Program-made: the position numbers and the translations under genes | Source of the DNA: Candidatus Bathyarchaeota archaeon | GTDB lineage: Archaea > Thermoproteota > CALKCG01 > B24 > DRYS01 | Length of the DNA: 64,000 nucleotides | Assembly (NCBI GenBank): GCA_018396535.1 | Contig: JAGTQC010000005.1 | Span: forward strand, 1 to 64,000 | Direction: 5' to 3' | Shown here: one piece after another, positions 1 to 9,583 of the stretch | How positions within the stretch are numbered: position 1 is the first letter of the stretch | Layout of the letters: each line of letters begins with the position of its first letter | The notes under the pieces: generated by a model | What the model saw: the letters and a program-made list of their open reading frames with translations, nothing else | The model's database searches: none | What the model was told of the DNA's origin: nothing

Positions 1-273
1 CCCCCTCCCCTCCTCCATAGAGCCGATCCTCCTCATAATTTCACTAATATTCGTGAATGTAGATAGATAATTCTCAGCCATCTTTAAAGCAGTCTGTTCA
101 GGTATACCAGATTCTACCAGACTCTTATAGAATGCTCCAACAGCCCTACCCATCTCCCTACCAGACTCCTCGGAGAAAACACTTGCTATTATACCCTTTA
201 TCAAAGCTGGAATCTGACTAGATACTACACTAAGTATCCTCTCAACCTCTTCAGCTTCATCCCTCTCACCCAT
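1..273 (-). CDS. Conserved archaeal hypothetical protein (3' end runs off the window)
   Basis: Not in the ORF track. Read manually: ATG at 273 after GGGGGTGAAAAT; MGERDEAEEVERILSVVSSQIPALIKGIIASVFSEESGREMGRAVGAFYKSLVESGIPEQTALKMAENYL..., open to position 1. Confidence 0.75.
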   Translation of the reverse strand, partial: MGERDEAEEVERILSVVSSQIPALIKGIIASVFSEESGREMGRAVGAFYKSLVESGIPEQTALKMAENYLSTFTNISEIMRRIGSMEEGRG

Positions 274-434
274 ATTTTCACCCCCGATCTAATATCCTAT
301 CTGATCACTGTATTTTAACATTATGAAAATATGTAGCCAGAATATTGGCTACAAGTAGGCTATCGATAGATATGTATACACTCATAGACCGGCACCGTAA
401 AATCCATACCCACACCATATAGAGAACACATAAT

Positions 435-1130
435 CTAGCATAGCTTCTCGATTATCCTAGAAACCTCTACAAGCCTCCTAACTCTAATACAATTCTTATC
501 AGCATACCTACCCTCCCTATCTAATAGGATAGCATTCATACCTGCATTCGAAGCCCCCATATAATCATCCTCATAGTCATTACCTATATGTACCATCCGA
601 TCGAGTTGAACATGGCATAATCGAGAAGCTATCCTAAATATCTCCGGATGCGGCTTCTCATAGCCTACACTACCAGATGAAACTAGAACCTCAAAGTATC
701 CTAGAATCCCCGCTCTTCTAAGATTCACTTCTAAACTCCTCTTCGAAGAGGAATTCGATATAACTATCAACCTATAACCAAGGCTCTTTAACGTTTCGAG
801 AGCAGGCTCAACATCATCATAAGCCCTATACTCAGCTCTCTCAAGCCATAGATCCCCGATGGTTGAAGCTAAACCCCTAGTACATGATAGACCTATTATC
901 GATAACATCCTCTCTATCATAGATATCCTAGCCTCCTCATCCCACACCCTTCCAGTCCTCCTCCTCTCCCCCCTCCACCATAAGCGAGCCTCCTCGAAGC
1001 CATACCTAACCCTCTCCATATCCAACTCGTAACCCAGGCTTCTAAGAATATCGAATATAACTAGGTGATGATCCCTCACCCTATATATCAGCGTATCCCC
1101 ACAATCTAGGGATACAACTTCAACCCCCAT
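435..1130 (-). CDS. HAD-superfamily hydrolase (subfamily IA)
   Basis: Motif I SLDCGDTL, ISN, KPHPEIF, HIGNDYEDD..GA...GM. Confidence 0.85.
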   Translation of the reverse strand: MGVEVVSLDCGDTLIYRVRDHHLVIFDILRSLGYELDMERVRYGFEEARLWWRGERRRTGRVWDEEARISMIERMLSIIGLSCTRGLASTIGDLWLERAEYRAYDDVEPALETLKSLGYRLIVISNSSSKRSLEVNLRRAGILGYFEVLVSSGSVGYEKPHPEIFRIASRLCHVQLDRMVHIGNDYEDDYMGASNAGMNAILLDREGRYADKNCIRVRRLVEVSRIIEKLC

Positions 1131-1257
1131 CGCAAACTACACCTAAACACTAATCGAGATAAAAACGATTTCACCATCCACTACACGATAGGTGTAGAGT
1201 TACGTATAGTAGAAGCTCTAAAAACTATTTAGGCTAGATCAAAATATTCTAACATAT

Positions 1258-2136
1258 ATGCGAGTAAGAATCGAAGAATATATCAAACTCTACGACTACG
1301 ATAGATCCATACCCCTAAACCCCACTATCTCCAAGCTTATAGAGAAGGATAGCTACATAGCGTATAAGGTATACTATGATAGTATAAACGATCAGAGGGT
1401 TCCAGCTATACTCACCATATGCAGATATAGTAATCCACCATATCCATGCATAATATTCCTACACGGTTATGGAGGTAGGAAGGAGGATGTAATACCGATA
1501 GCCGATATGATATCAGATAAAGGCTTCTCACTTCTCTCTATAGATGCGTTATACCACGGTGAGAGAAGTATACCAGGTAAGGTATTATACTCTCCAGATA
1601 TAAATGAGCTTAAAACCAACATTATCCAAACGATAATCGATCTAAGAAGAGCTGTAGACTTCCTAGAAACTAGGGTAGAGATAGATGGTAGTAGGATAGG
1701 ATACATAGGCGGTAGTATGGGTGGTATACTAGGAGCGTTATTCGTAAGCATAGAGCCTAGAGTAAAAGCTGCAGTAATAATAGTAGGCGGGGGAAACATA
1801 CCGTTAATGATAAAAACTAGTAGACACTACTCTGTACCACCTATAAGAGCTAGGATAGAGGAGCTAGGTATAACATACGAGCAGCTAGAGGAAATCCTAG
1901 CACCCATAGATCCTATAAACTTCATACATCTAACCTCACCTAGACCTATACAATTCCATTGCGGAAGATACGATGATATCGTCCCAGCAGAAACTCAGAG
2001 ACAGCTATCTGAAAAAGCAGGTGAACCTAAAGAAGTATACTGGTATGATGCAGGGCATGGACTACCCATAGAGCCTATGGCTAAACGAATCCTAGAATTC
2101 CTAGATAGATACCTAGTATCGAAGCATCAAGCATAG
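1258..2136 (+). CDS. Alpha/beta-fold hydrolase (esterase/peptidase S9-like)
   Basis: HGYGG, nucleophile elbow GGSMGG, DDIVP (Asp), AGH (His). Confidence 0.85.
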   Translation: MRVRIEEYIKLYDYDRSIPLNPTISKLIEKDSYIAYKVYYDSINDQRVPAILTICRYSNPPYPCIIFLHGYGGRKEDVIPIADMISDKGFSLLSIDALYHGERSIPGKVLYSPDINELKTNIIQTIIDLRRAVDFLETRVEIDGSRIGYIGGSMGGILGALFVSIEPRVKAAVIIVGGGNIPLMIKTSRHYSVPPIRARIEELGITYEQLEEILAPIDPINFIHLTSPRPIQFHCGRYDDIVPAETQRQLSEKAGEPKEVYWYDAGHGLPIEPMAKRILEFLDRYLVSKHQA

Positions 2137-2281
2137 TAGAAGTTACACTGAAGCATATACCGGTAGCTATAGCTATCCTACCATAAACCTTGAAAACATC
2201 CTTCAACCCAATCAATCTAGATAGCGTTAATTAGAAAGAGATAAATCTCCTAAAATCAATATCCTTTCTTTGTGAATAGAT

Positions 2282-2923
2282 ATGGTTAAGGATCTAACTG
2301 AAGCTCTAGAAGCATATAGGATTATAGACTTATCGATGGAGATCAAACCCAACATATTAAACGTAAAAGGTGAATATATACGCGGTAACCAGCTGAGAAG
2401 ATTCAATATAGAGCAGTTTATAAACGCTGAAGATGCAACCTATATGCACTTCATAGAAGCTGAATCGCATATAGGCACCCATATAGAGGGCCCATCCCAT
2501 CTAAACCCAGATCTCAAACCGCTTATAGATATACCGTTAGAGAAGTTTATAGGTGAAGCTATAGTCTTGAAATTCGAAGCTAATACTCCGATAAGAATAG
2601 AACACCTAGATGATGTTAGAGAGGGTGATATAGTCCTGGTATGGAGTAGCGGTGGATCATACATTACTCGTGAAGCTGCGGAATATCTTGCGAGTAAACG
2701 TATAAAGCTGCTCGGGCTTCAAGGCGTTCATCCAGATGAACCCGGCTCTAACCTAGCTACTCATAGAGCACTTCTAGAGAACGATATACCTATAATCGAA
2801 GGATTAGTAAACCTAGATAAGATAAGGAGTGAAAGAGTATTCTTCATAGGATTACCCTTGAAGATAGCTAGTATAGATTCATCATGGATAAGAGCTATAG
2901 CTCTGGAACCGAGGATACGATAG
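2282..2923 (+). CDS. Cyclase family / kynurenine formamidase-like metal hydrolase
   Basis: IIDLS, HIGTHIEGPSH (variant of HxGTHxDxPxH), H..LL..DIPIIEGL.NL. Confidence 0.8.
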   Translation: MVKDLTEALEAYRIIDLSMEIKPNILNVKGEYIRGNQLRRFNIEQFINAEDATYMHFIEAESHIGTHIEGPSHLNPDLKPLIDIPLEKFIGEAIVLKFEANTPIRIEHLDDVREGDIVLVWSSGGSYITREAAEYLASKRIKLLGLQGVHPDEPGSNLATHRALLENDIPIIEGLVNLDKIRSERVFFIGLPLKIASIDSSWIRAIALEPRIR

Positions 2924-3031
2924 ATGTTATCGATAAAACCAGTATAGCATAATCCCCACTACACTTCATGATAGATTAACGTTTAAAAGAATCTAACCCC
3001 TCCCCCATCATATAATGATCTAGATACCGCT

Positions 3032-4135
3032 ATGTCTAAAGATCCTTATATACCTCTAATCGAATCCTACTGTATAAAAGTAGAGAAGAATCTAGGCGAG
3101 AAGACTATTAGAATCTTAACAGATCTCAGCCTAATAGATAGAGATCTTAAAGTAGCGAAGATCGATCGCTATCTACTTATACCAATAAAAGAGGAGCCAT
3201 CGAACGAGCAGTTAGATATCATCAAGAGAGAGATACCCGCATTCGATATATGCATACATAGCTTCCAGAGATATATGAAGCCAGTTAAAAGCATCCTAGA
3301 ATTCCTAGAAGATAAGCTTCCACCCCACCTCCTCGCCTGCCTTCCACGCTCGATAGATTTCATAGGGGACGTAGCGATCATAGAGCTACCCGAGGAGCTT
3401 GAGAATTATAAAACACTTATCGGAGAAGCTATCATGAGTATTTTTAAACGAGTTAAATCAGTCCTGGTTAAATCTAGCCCGATCACCGGTGTCTACCGTA
3501 TCAGAAGCTATGAAGTCGTAGCTGGCTCTGAGAATACGGAGACTATCCATAGAGAATATGGTTGTAGCTATCTTCTAGATCCTAGAAAGGTATACTTTTC
3601 ACCTAGACTATCATACGAACATTATAGGGTTGCATCCCAGGTAGTCGAGGGTGAAACAGTTATAGATATGTTTGCAGGTGTAGGGCCATTCTCCATATTG
3701 ATAGCTAAGCTTCACCGTAACGTAACAATCTATGCGATAGATATAAACCCAGATGCAGTAGGTTATCTAGAGAAGAATATACGTATGAATAGGGTAGAAG
3801 GGAAAGTCATACCAATCCTCGGTGATGCAAGAGAAGTTATACAGGGTAAATTACACGGTATAGCAGATAGGGTTATAATGAACCTACCCGAAAAAGCTAT
3901 AGAGTACATCGACGCTGCATGCTATGCTCTAAAACCATCTGGTGGTATAATACACTACTACGAATTTACGAGTGGATCATACGTATTAGAGGAGGCTAGA
4001 TCTAGAGTTATCGAATCTATATCTAAGGCTGGAAGAATTGTCGATAAGATACTATCTAGTAGGATTGTGAGAGAAGTAGCACCATATAGATGGCAGGTAG
4101 CGATAGACATCATGGTTGATGGATGCATAAGGTGA
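3032..4135 (+). CDS. trm5: tRNA (guanine37-N1)-methyltransferase, Trm5/Met-10+ family
   Basis: IGDVAII, T.H.E.G, KVYFSPRL, DMFAGVGPF, DINP, RVIMNLP. Confidence 0.88.
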   Translation: MSKDPYIPLIESYCIKVEKNLGEKTIRILTDLSLIDRDLKVAKIDRYLLIPIKEEPSNEQLDIIKREIPAFDICIHSFQRYMKPVKSILEFLEDKLPPHLLACLPRSIDFIGDVAIIELPEELENYKTLIGEAIMSIFKRVKSVLVKSSPITGVYRIRSYEVVAGSENTETIHREYGCSYLLDPRKVYFSPRLSYEHYRVASQVVEGETVIDMFAGVGPFSILIAKLHRNVTIYAIDINPDAVGYLEKNIRMNRVEGKVIPILGDAREVIQGKLHGIADRVIMNLPEKAIEYIDAACYALKPSGGIIHYYEFTSGSYVLEEARSRVIESISKAGRIVDKILSSRIVREVAPYRWQVAIDIMVDGCIR

Positions 4136-4181
4136 AATCTAGCGGTACGATTATATTCAGCCCCCATCATCTATAAGTGGT

Positions 4182-5330
4182 GTGCAGAATCCATTAGCTA
4201 TAGTCGAGGAGATCATGAATAGCTTCGCCTATCGTACAGGTCTATCCTCAGATCTAAAGCCTAGACGCTATCTATGGACAGATGCTTTCGCTGTATGCAA
4301 CTTCCTCGAACTCTATCGTAAAGGCTTCGGTGAGAAATATAGGAATTTAGCTCTAAAGCTTGTAGACCAGGTCCACTTCATACTTGGTAGACATCGTGAT
4401 GACGATGTTAGGAAGGGATGGATAAGCGGGTTAAATGATGAGGAAGGATTTAAGCATCCAACTATAGGTGGGTTGAGAATAGGTAAACCGCTACCTGAAC
4501 GTAAGCCTGATGAACCTCTTGATGAGTATATAGAATGGGAGCGGGATGGACAGTATTACCATTACCTGACTAGATGGATGCATACTCTGAATAGAGTCTA
4601 CCTAACAATAGGAAACCCCATCTACAATCTATGGGCTGTAGAGCTTGCTAAAACAGCTCATAGAGCATTCGTATATACTGGTGCAGATGGAAGGAAGCGT
4701 ATATATTGGAAGATGAGTATAGATCTTTCACGTCCATTAGTAGCATCTATGGGTTCACATGATCCGCTCGATGGCTTCACGGTATACTGTGAACTTCAAG
4801 CCTACTCTCCAGATAACCCACTCTGGCCTAATCTATCAGAGGAGATAGAGGAGATCAAAGATATTCTCTTAGATGTAGATCTAGTAACAGGTGATCCGCT
4901 CAGTATCGGAAGCTTATTATGGGATGCGTACATACTTGCAAAATTAACATCACAGGGGCTTGTAGACTGTATAGATATACTGCTAGATGTACTCGATGCA
5001 GCTCTAGTAGGTATGGAGCTATATCTCGCTGATGGATGGCCTCCTCTATCGAGTAGTAGATTTGCGTTTAGAGAGCTCGGTTTATCGATAGGACTTAAAG
5101 CCGTAGATCGTCTGGTAGAGTTAATCGGAAAACCCAGTTTCCCTAGATATAGTGATATACATCATATCCTAGAAAGCCTAAGATACTATACTAAGCTAGC
5201 TGAGCGTATAGATAGGTATTGGCTAGATTCTATGATTCGAGAGAGTTATACTTGGCGAAAATATGAGGATATAAACATGGTTATGCTAGCTACAAGCTTA
5301 GCTCCAGATGAATTCTTAGGTGTATACTAG
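4182..5330 (+). CDS. Conserved hypothetical protein (YLWTDAF / DGQYYHYL family)
   Basis: 382-aa ORF with host-like codon use; aromatic/acidic motifs RRYLWTDAF, DGQYYHYLTRW, WKMS.DLSRPLV.SMG.HDPLDG, AFRELGL, INMVMLAT. Confidence 0.65.
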   Translation: MQNPLAIVEEIMNSFAYRTGLSSDLKPRRYLWTDAFAVCNFLELYRKGFGEKYRNLALKLVDQVHFILGRHRDDDVRKGWISGLNDEEGFKHPTIGGLRIGKPLPERKPDEPLDEYIEWERDGQYYHYLTRWMHTLNRVYLTIGNPIYNLWAVELAKTAHRAFVYTGADGRKRIYWKMSIDLSRPLVASMGSHDPLDGFTVYCELQAYSPDNPLWPNLSEEIEEIKDILLDVDLVTGDPLSIGSLLWDAYILAKLTSQGLVDCIDILLDVLDAALVGMELYLADGWPPLSSSRFAFRELGLSIGLKAVDRLVELIGKPSFPRYSDIHHILESLRYYTKLAERIDRYWLDSMIRESYTWRKYEDINMVMLATSLAPDEFLGVY

Positions 5331-5543
5331 ATCGGTAGAAATGAGCATTCTTCGAACTAAATATACTAACCGACGATTGCTATCACACTCCTGAGAACTA
5401 CCCACATTTCTACTTATGCATAAATATCTGAAGCCCCATCGTATAACCGTGTTAAAATACATATATCTAGGATAACCCGCATAATTTGTATACTGAAACC
5501 CCGTGTAAGTGTACCCTAGTACATGAGAGGTTAGGTCTCGGTA

Positions 5544-6866
5544 ATGAGGGTTATAGCAGATCTACATATACATGGCAGATATAGTAGAGCTACAAGCAGC
5601 GATATGAATCTAGAAAGGATAGCTAGACTCTCTAAGATGAAGGGATTAACGATAGTAGGCACTGGAGATTTCACCCATCCTAAATGGCTTTATGAGATTA
5701 AGAATTCACTAGTTGAATCAGATGGATCCGGCTTATACAAGCTCATAGATATGCAAGACTCCTCTATCTACTTTATGATAACAGGTGAAGTTTCAACAGT
5801 ATTCGAATTCGAAGGTAAGACTAAAAGAGTTCATCACGTCATCCTAACACCTAGTATTGAGGTAGCAGAACAGATAAACGATCGTCTATCTAGGTATGGA
5901 GATCTAGAAGCTGATGGTAGACCGACACTAAATATGTCAGCTGCTCATTTAGTCGAGGAAGTCTTAGAGGTTTCTAGAGATAACATGGTCTTCCCCGCTC
6001 ACGCATGGACCCCATGGTTCAGTGTCTTCGGAGCCTTTAGCGGCTTCGATAGAATCGACGATTGCTACCAGGATATGACTAAATATATCTACGCCCTTGA
6101 GACAGGGTTATCCTCAGACCCGCCTATGAACTGGCGTCTAAGCTCTCTAGATAGGTTCACTCTCTTATCGAATAGCGATTCGCACTCATACTGGCCATGG
6201 AGGATAGGAAGGGAGGCTAACGTATTCGAGCTAGATAAACTAGCATACAGGGATATCATAGATTCGATAAGAAGAAAGGATGTAAGTATAATTAAGTTCA
6301 CTATAGAAACCGATCCAGCATATGGAAAATACCATTGGACAGGTCATAGAGCATGCGGGGTATCCCTACCACCAGCAGAAGCTATAAAGCTTAACGGTAA
6401 ATGCCCTGTCTGTCATAAAACCCTAACCAAAGGTGTCGAACAGAGGGTTGAGGAGCTTGCTGATAGACCATACGGATTTAGACCAGCCGGCTCACCTGGA
6501 TACATACACCTACTACCACTCTCAGAGGTTATATCTGCGGTTATAGATGCCAGCTCCCCGAATTCAAAAACCGTGTGGAGTATATATAATACGCTTATCT
6601 CACGATTCGGTGATGAATACACCGTTCTATTAGATGCGGATTTCGATGATATCGCTAAAATAGTCGATCCAATAGTAGCTGAGGCCATCATACGTGTCAG
6701 GGAGGGTAGGGTTAAGGTTATCCCAGGATACGATGGCGTATACGGTAAGATAATAATATTCCCCGAGGAGGGTAGGGGGGTAGCTAGAGAAGTTGAGGGT
6801 AGCGAAGACGTTGAGCAAAAAACTAGCGGAAAAGTTAAACAAAGATCTTTAACCGATTTCTTCTAG
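5544..6866 (+). CDS. endoQ: Endonuclease Q (PHP domain plus Zn ribbon), deaminated-base repair
   Basis: ADLHIHGRYSRATS, GTGDFTHP, PAHAWTPW, ETGLSSD, SNSDSHS, GKYH, C..C Zn ribbon, PGYDGVYG; C-terminal PIP-box-like QRSLTDFF. Confidence 0.88.
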   Translation: MRVIADLHIHGRYSRATSSDMNLERIARLSKMKGLTIVGTGDFTHPKWLYEIKNSLVESDGSGLYKLIDMQDSSIYFMITGEVSTVFEFEGKTKRVHHVILTPSIEVAEQINDRLSRYGDLEADGRPTLNMSAAHLVEEVLEVSRDNMVFPAHAWTPWFSVFGAFSGFDRIDDCYQDMTKYIYALETGLSSDPPMNWRLSSLDRFTLLSNSDSHSYWPWRIGREANVFELDKLAYRDIIDSIRRKDVSIIKFTIETDPAYGKYHWTGHRACGVSLPPAEAIKLNGKCPVCHKTLTKGVEQRVEELADRPYGFRPAGSPGYIHLLPLSEVISAVIDASSPNSKTVWSIYNTLISRFGDEYTVLLDADFDDIAKIVDPIVAEAIIRVREGRVKVIPGYDGVYGKIIIFPEEGRGVAREVEGSEDVEQKTSGKVKQRSLTDFF

Positions 6867-7378
6867 CCTTCTAGCGCCCTTATAATCTCTCGGCAGAAGT
6901 ATGGTAGATCTGCCGGTATCCTTGAAGTTATTATATTACCATCTACGACTACAGGTTCATCTATATATTCGGCTCCAGCATTTATGACATCATCCTTAAT
7001 AGCCGATACGCAAGTTACACGTCTACCTTTAATGAGACCCGCTGATATCAATACTTGTGGACCGTGACATATAGCGGCTACAATACCTTTAGAAGCTACG
7101 CCTCTAACGAATTCAAGCACTTCTCTATATCTTCTAAGCCTATCAGGCGCCCAACCCCCAGGTATAACTACGCAGTCGTAATCTTCTGGTTTAGCTTCAG
7201 CAAATGTTAGATCTGGATTCACAGTCAATCCATGTTTACCTTTGACAGGCTCCCTAGTAAGAGCTATAACTTTCACATCAAATCCAGCTTCTCTAAGCCT
7301 TATCAACGGATAGTGTAACTCTAAATCCTCGTATTCTGGTGCAGCAAGTATAGCTATTCTCTTAACTCTACAAGACAT
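6863..7378 (-). CDS. pfpI: PfpI/DJ-1 family protease/deglycase
   Basis: EYEDLEL, IPGG.APD.LR, AICHGP, VVDGNIITSR; start refined to the ATG at 7378 after GGTGGGG. Confidence 0.88.
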   Translation of the reverse strand: MSCRVKRIAILAAPEYEDLELHYPLIRLREAGFDVKVIALTREPVKGKHGLTVNPDLTFAEAKPEDYDCVVIPGGWAPDRLRRYREVLEFVRGVASKGIVAAICHGPQVLISAGLIKGRRVTCVSAIKDDVINAGAEYIDEPVVVDGNIITSRIPADLPYFCREIIRALEG

Positions 7379-7457
7379 ACTAGCCCCACCCAGCATTATG
7401 ATGTTCAATTTATAGATTTAAATCTTGAAACCTAGGCGTTCTAATATAGTATTTGTT

Positions 7458-8615
7458 ATGACCGATACGGCTGTATCTGATGAGCTTAACTCCTTGTTAG
7501 TCGAGGTTGAAAGGATTATCGATTTAGAAGCGATAAGTGAAGGTATGAAGCGTCAAAGCGATGCATGGTTATTTAGATCTGTAGATAGGCCCCCTCTCAC
7601 GATAAACTTCCCCTGCTTAAAGCATAAATATAGCTATAAAGAGGTATTCGAAGATCCTGGTAAGATGCTTATAACGCAGATAGAGATGAACGTCCTCCCA
7701 CATTTAATGATCAAAGATGATGCTGTCCCAGCTGTTAGAGCAGACTATGGTGTATGTATAATACCCAGTGCCTTCGGATGTGAAGTTAGAGTGATGGATG
7801 ATAGTATGCCCTGGGCTAAAGCCAAACAGTTATTCGTAGACGGTAAACTAGATCCTTCACTCTTAGGCGAGCCTATATTCGATAAAGGATTGCCTGCTAA
7901 AGTTCTAGAAACAGAATGCTTCTTCCTAGAGAAGCTTGAAGATACAGGGGTGAGAATCTATCTAGCAGATACACAAGGCCCATTCAACCTAGCTCACCAA
8001 ATAATCGGTGAGAAAATATTTCAAGCATTATATCTTCAACCGAATGAGGTTAAAGAAATCCTCTCGAAGATTACAGAAGCCTACATACAATTCACCGTTA
8101 TACAGAAGAAGCTTATAGGCGAACCCTTAACATCTGGTGCACATGGATGGGATAAAACTGATGGCCCATCAGGTCTATGGATGTATGAGGGTGGTGTAAG
8201 ATTATGCGAAGACTCCGCTGCTCTACTTTCACCCCGCCACTACATAGAATTCTGTAAGGATTTCAATATACGATGTCTCTCCCCGTTTAACGGAGGTTTA
8301 TGGCATTCCTGCGGAAAGGTATCGCATATACTAAGCATAGTTTTAGATACACCTGGGGTTAAGGCTATACATCTAGGTAATCCTGAGCTATATAGGTTCG
8401 AAGATATCCGTAGGTTAACATTCGAGAAGCGTGTATGCCTAGTATGGAAGGATAGAATACCGTATGGAGCGGATGTAGAGTGCTTCATAGATAGGTTTAT
8501 CAAAGCCTTAGGAGAGAACCCTACAGGAGTAATATTCTCGATAGATGTAGAAAGTTTTGAAGATGCCATTAAGCTTAAGGAAGCTTGGGTAGATGCATTC
8601 TATAGAATGCAATAG
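7458..8615 (+). CDS. Uroporphyrinogen decarboxylase / MtaA-CmuA-like TIM-barrel protein
   Basis: PSAFGC, DTQGPFNLA, EDSAALLSP..Y.EF, HSCG metal motif; start refined to ATG 7458. Confidence 0.7.
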   Translation: MTDTAVSDELNSLLVEVERIIDLEAISEGMKRQSDAWLFRSVDRPPLTINFPCLKHKYSYKEVFEDPGKMLITQIEMNVLPHLMIKDDAVPAVRADYGVCIIPSAFGCEVRVMDDSMPWAKAKQLFVDGKLDPSLLGEPIFDKGLPAKVLETECFFLEKLEDTGVRIYLADTQGPFNLAHQIIGEKIFQALYLQPNEVKEILSKITEAYIQFTVIQKKLIGEPLTSGAHGWDKTDGPSGLWMYEGGVRLCEDSAALLSPRHYIEFCKDFNIRCLSPFNGGLWHSCGKVSHILSIVLDTPGVKAIHLGNPELYRFEDIRRLTFEKRVCLVWKDRIPYGADVECFIDRFIKALGENPTGVIFSIDVESFEDAIKLKEAWVDAFYRMQ

Positions 8616-8626
8616 GTATACTCTTT

Positions 8627-9493
8627 TTACGATCTAATCTTTGCCTCCAACCCTCTCATATACTCTATATTCCTCTTAAGTTTTTCATCGGTAGGTATAT
8701 CTGAGAAGTCTTCGAAGGATAACCACCCTTCATATCCTACTTTCGCTAATGCTTTCATAACATCAAGCCAGTATACATACCCATCCATTATAGGTGCATG
8801 AGTTGGGGCCCATATCTTAGCTCCATTCTCTTCTCTAATAATTTTCCATATAGCGTTCTTTACATGTACGTGTGCTAGATATTCTCCCAATATCTCCAAA
8901 CTCATAAGCCAGTTTTCATATCCTTCGTGAATCATATTACCTGGATCAAGTATAACCCCTACATATTCTGGATCGAAATTCGAGACGAATCTATATGTAG
9001 CGCTTGGGCTTGGACATATAGTACCCATATGTATTTCTACACAACATTTTATACCATACTCTTCGGCCATCCTCTCCATAGCTCGATATTCGTTTACAGC
9101 CTTCTCGAATAATATCCTATAGTTTACACTACCGTCATACCTAGGGGCAGATACCCTTATCTGCCCCGCACCCATAATCCTCGCTGCTTCGAACCCTCTC
9201 TTAACCCTATCCAAATTCTCCCCGGGAACTCTGAAGTATGTTCCTAAAGCAGGTATAGATAGACCATATTCCTCAGTTAACTTCTTAACTCTAGATGCTT
9301 CTTCGAGTAATCTAGATTCATCTATAGTAGCAAGATTACCCTGCCAGTATGAAGGCTTAACAGGTTGAATCTGAGGAATCGATGCTACCCTCCATTCAAC
9401 ACCATCATATCCGTATATACTTAGAATCCTAGGCACATCCTCCACCCTATATTCAGGTATCATCACTGTGAATACAGCATATTTAAACCCCAT
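8627..9493 (-). CDS. Sugar phosphate isomerase/epimerase (xylose-isomerase-like TIM barrel)
   Basis: GYDGVE, VEIH, DPGN, HVHVKN, GYEGWLSFE metal ligands. Confidence 0.82.
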   Translation of the reverse strand: MGFKYAVFTVMIPEYRVEDVPRILSIYGYDGVEWRVASIPQIQPVKPSYWQGNLATIDESRLLEEASRVKKLTEEYGLSIPALGTYFRVPGENLDRVKRGFEAARIMGAGQIRVSAPRYDGSVNYRILFEKAVNEYRAMERMAEEYGIKCCVEIHMGTICPSPSATYRFVSNFDPEYVGVILDPGNMIHEGYENWLMSLEILGEYLAHVHVKNAIWKIIREENGAKIWAPTHAPIMDGYVYWLDVMKALAKVGYEGWLSFEDFSDIPTDEKLKRNIEYMRGLEAKIRS

Positions 9494-9583
9494 ATACGAT
9501 CACCGAAATCTTAGATCGCTCTATCCACACCTTATAAATATTAAATATTTATTCTGGCCTTACACTTAGATAGGTGTGTATTA

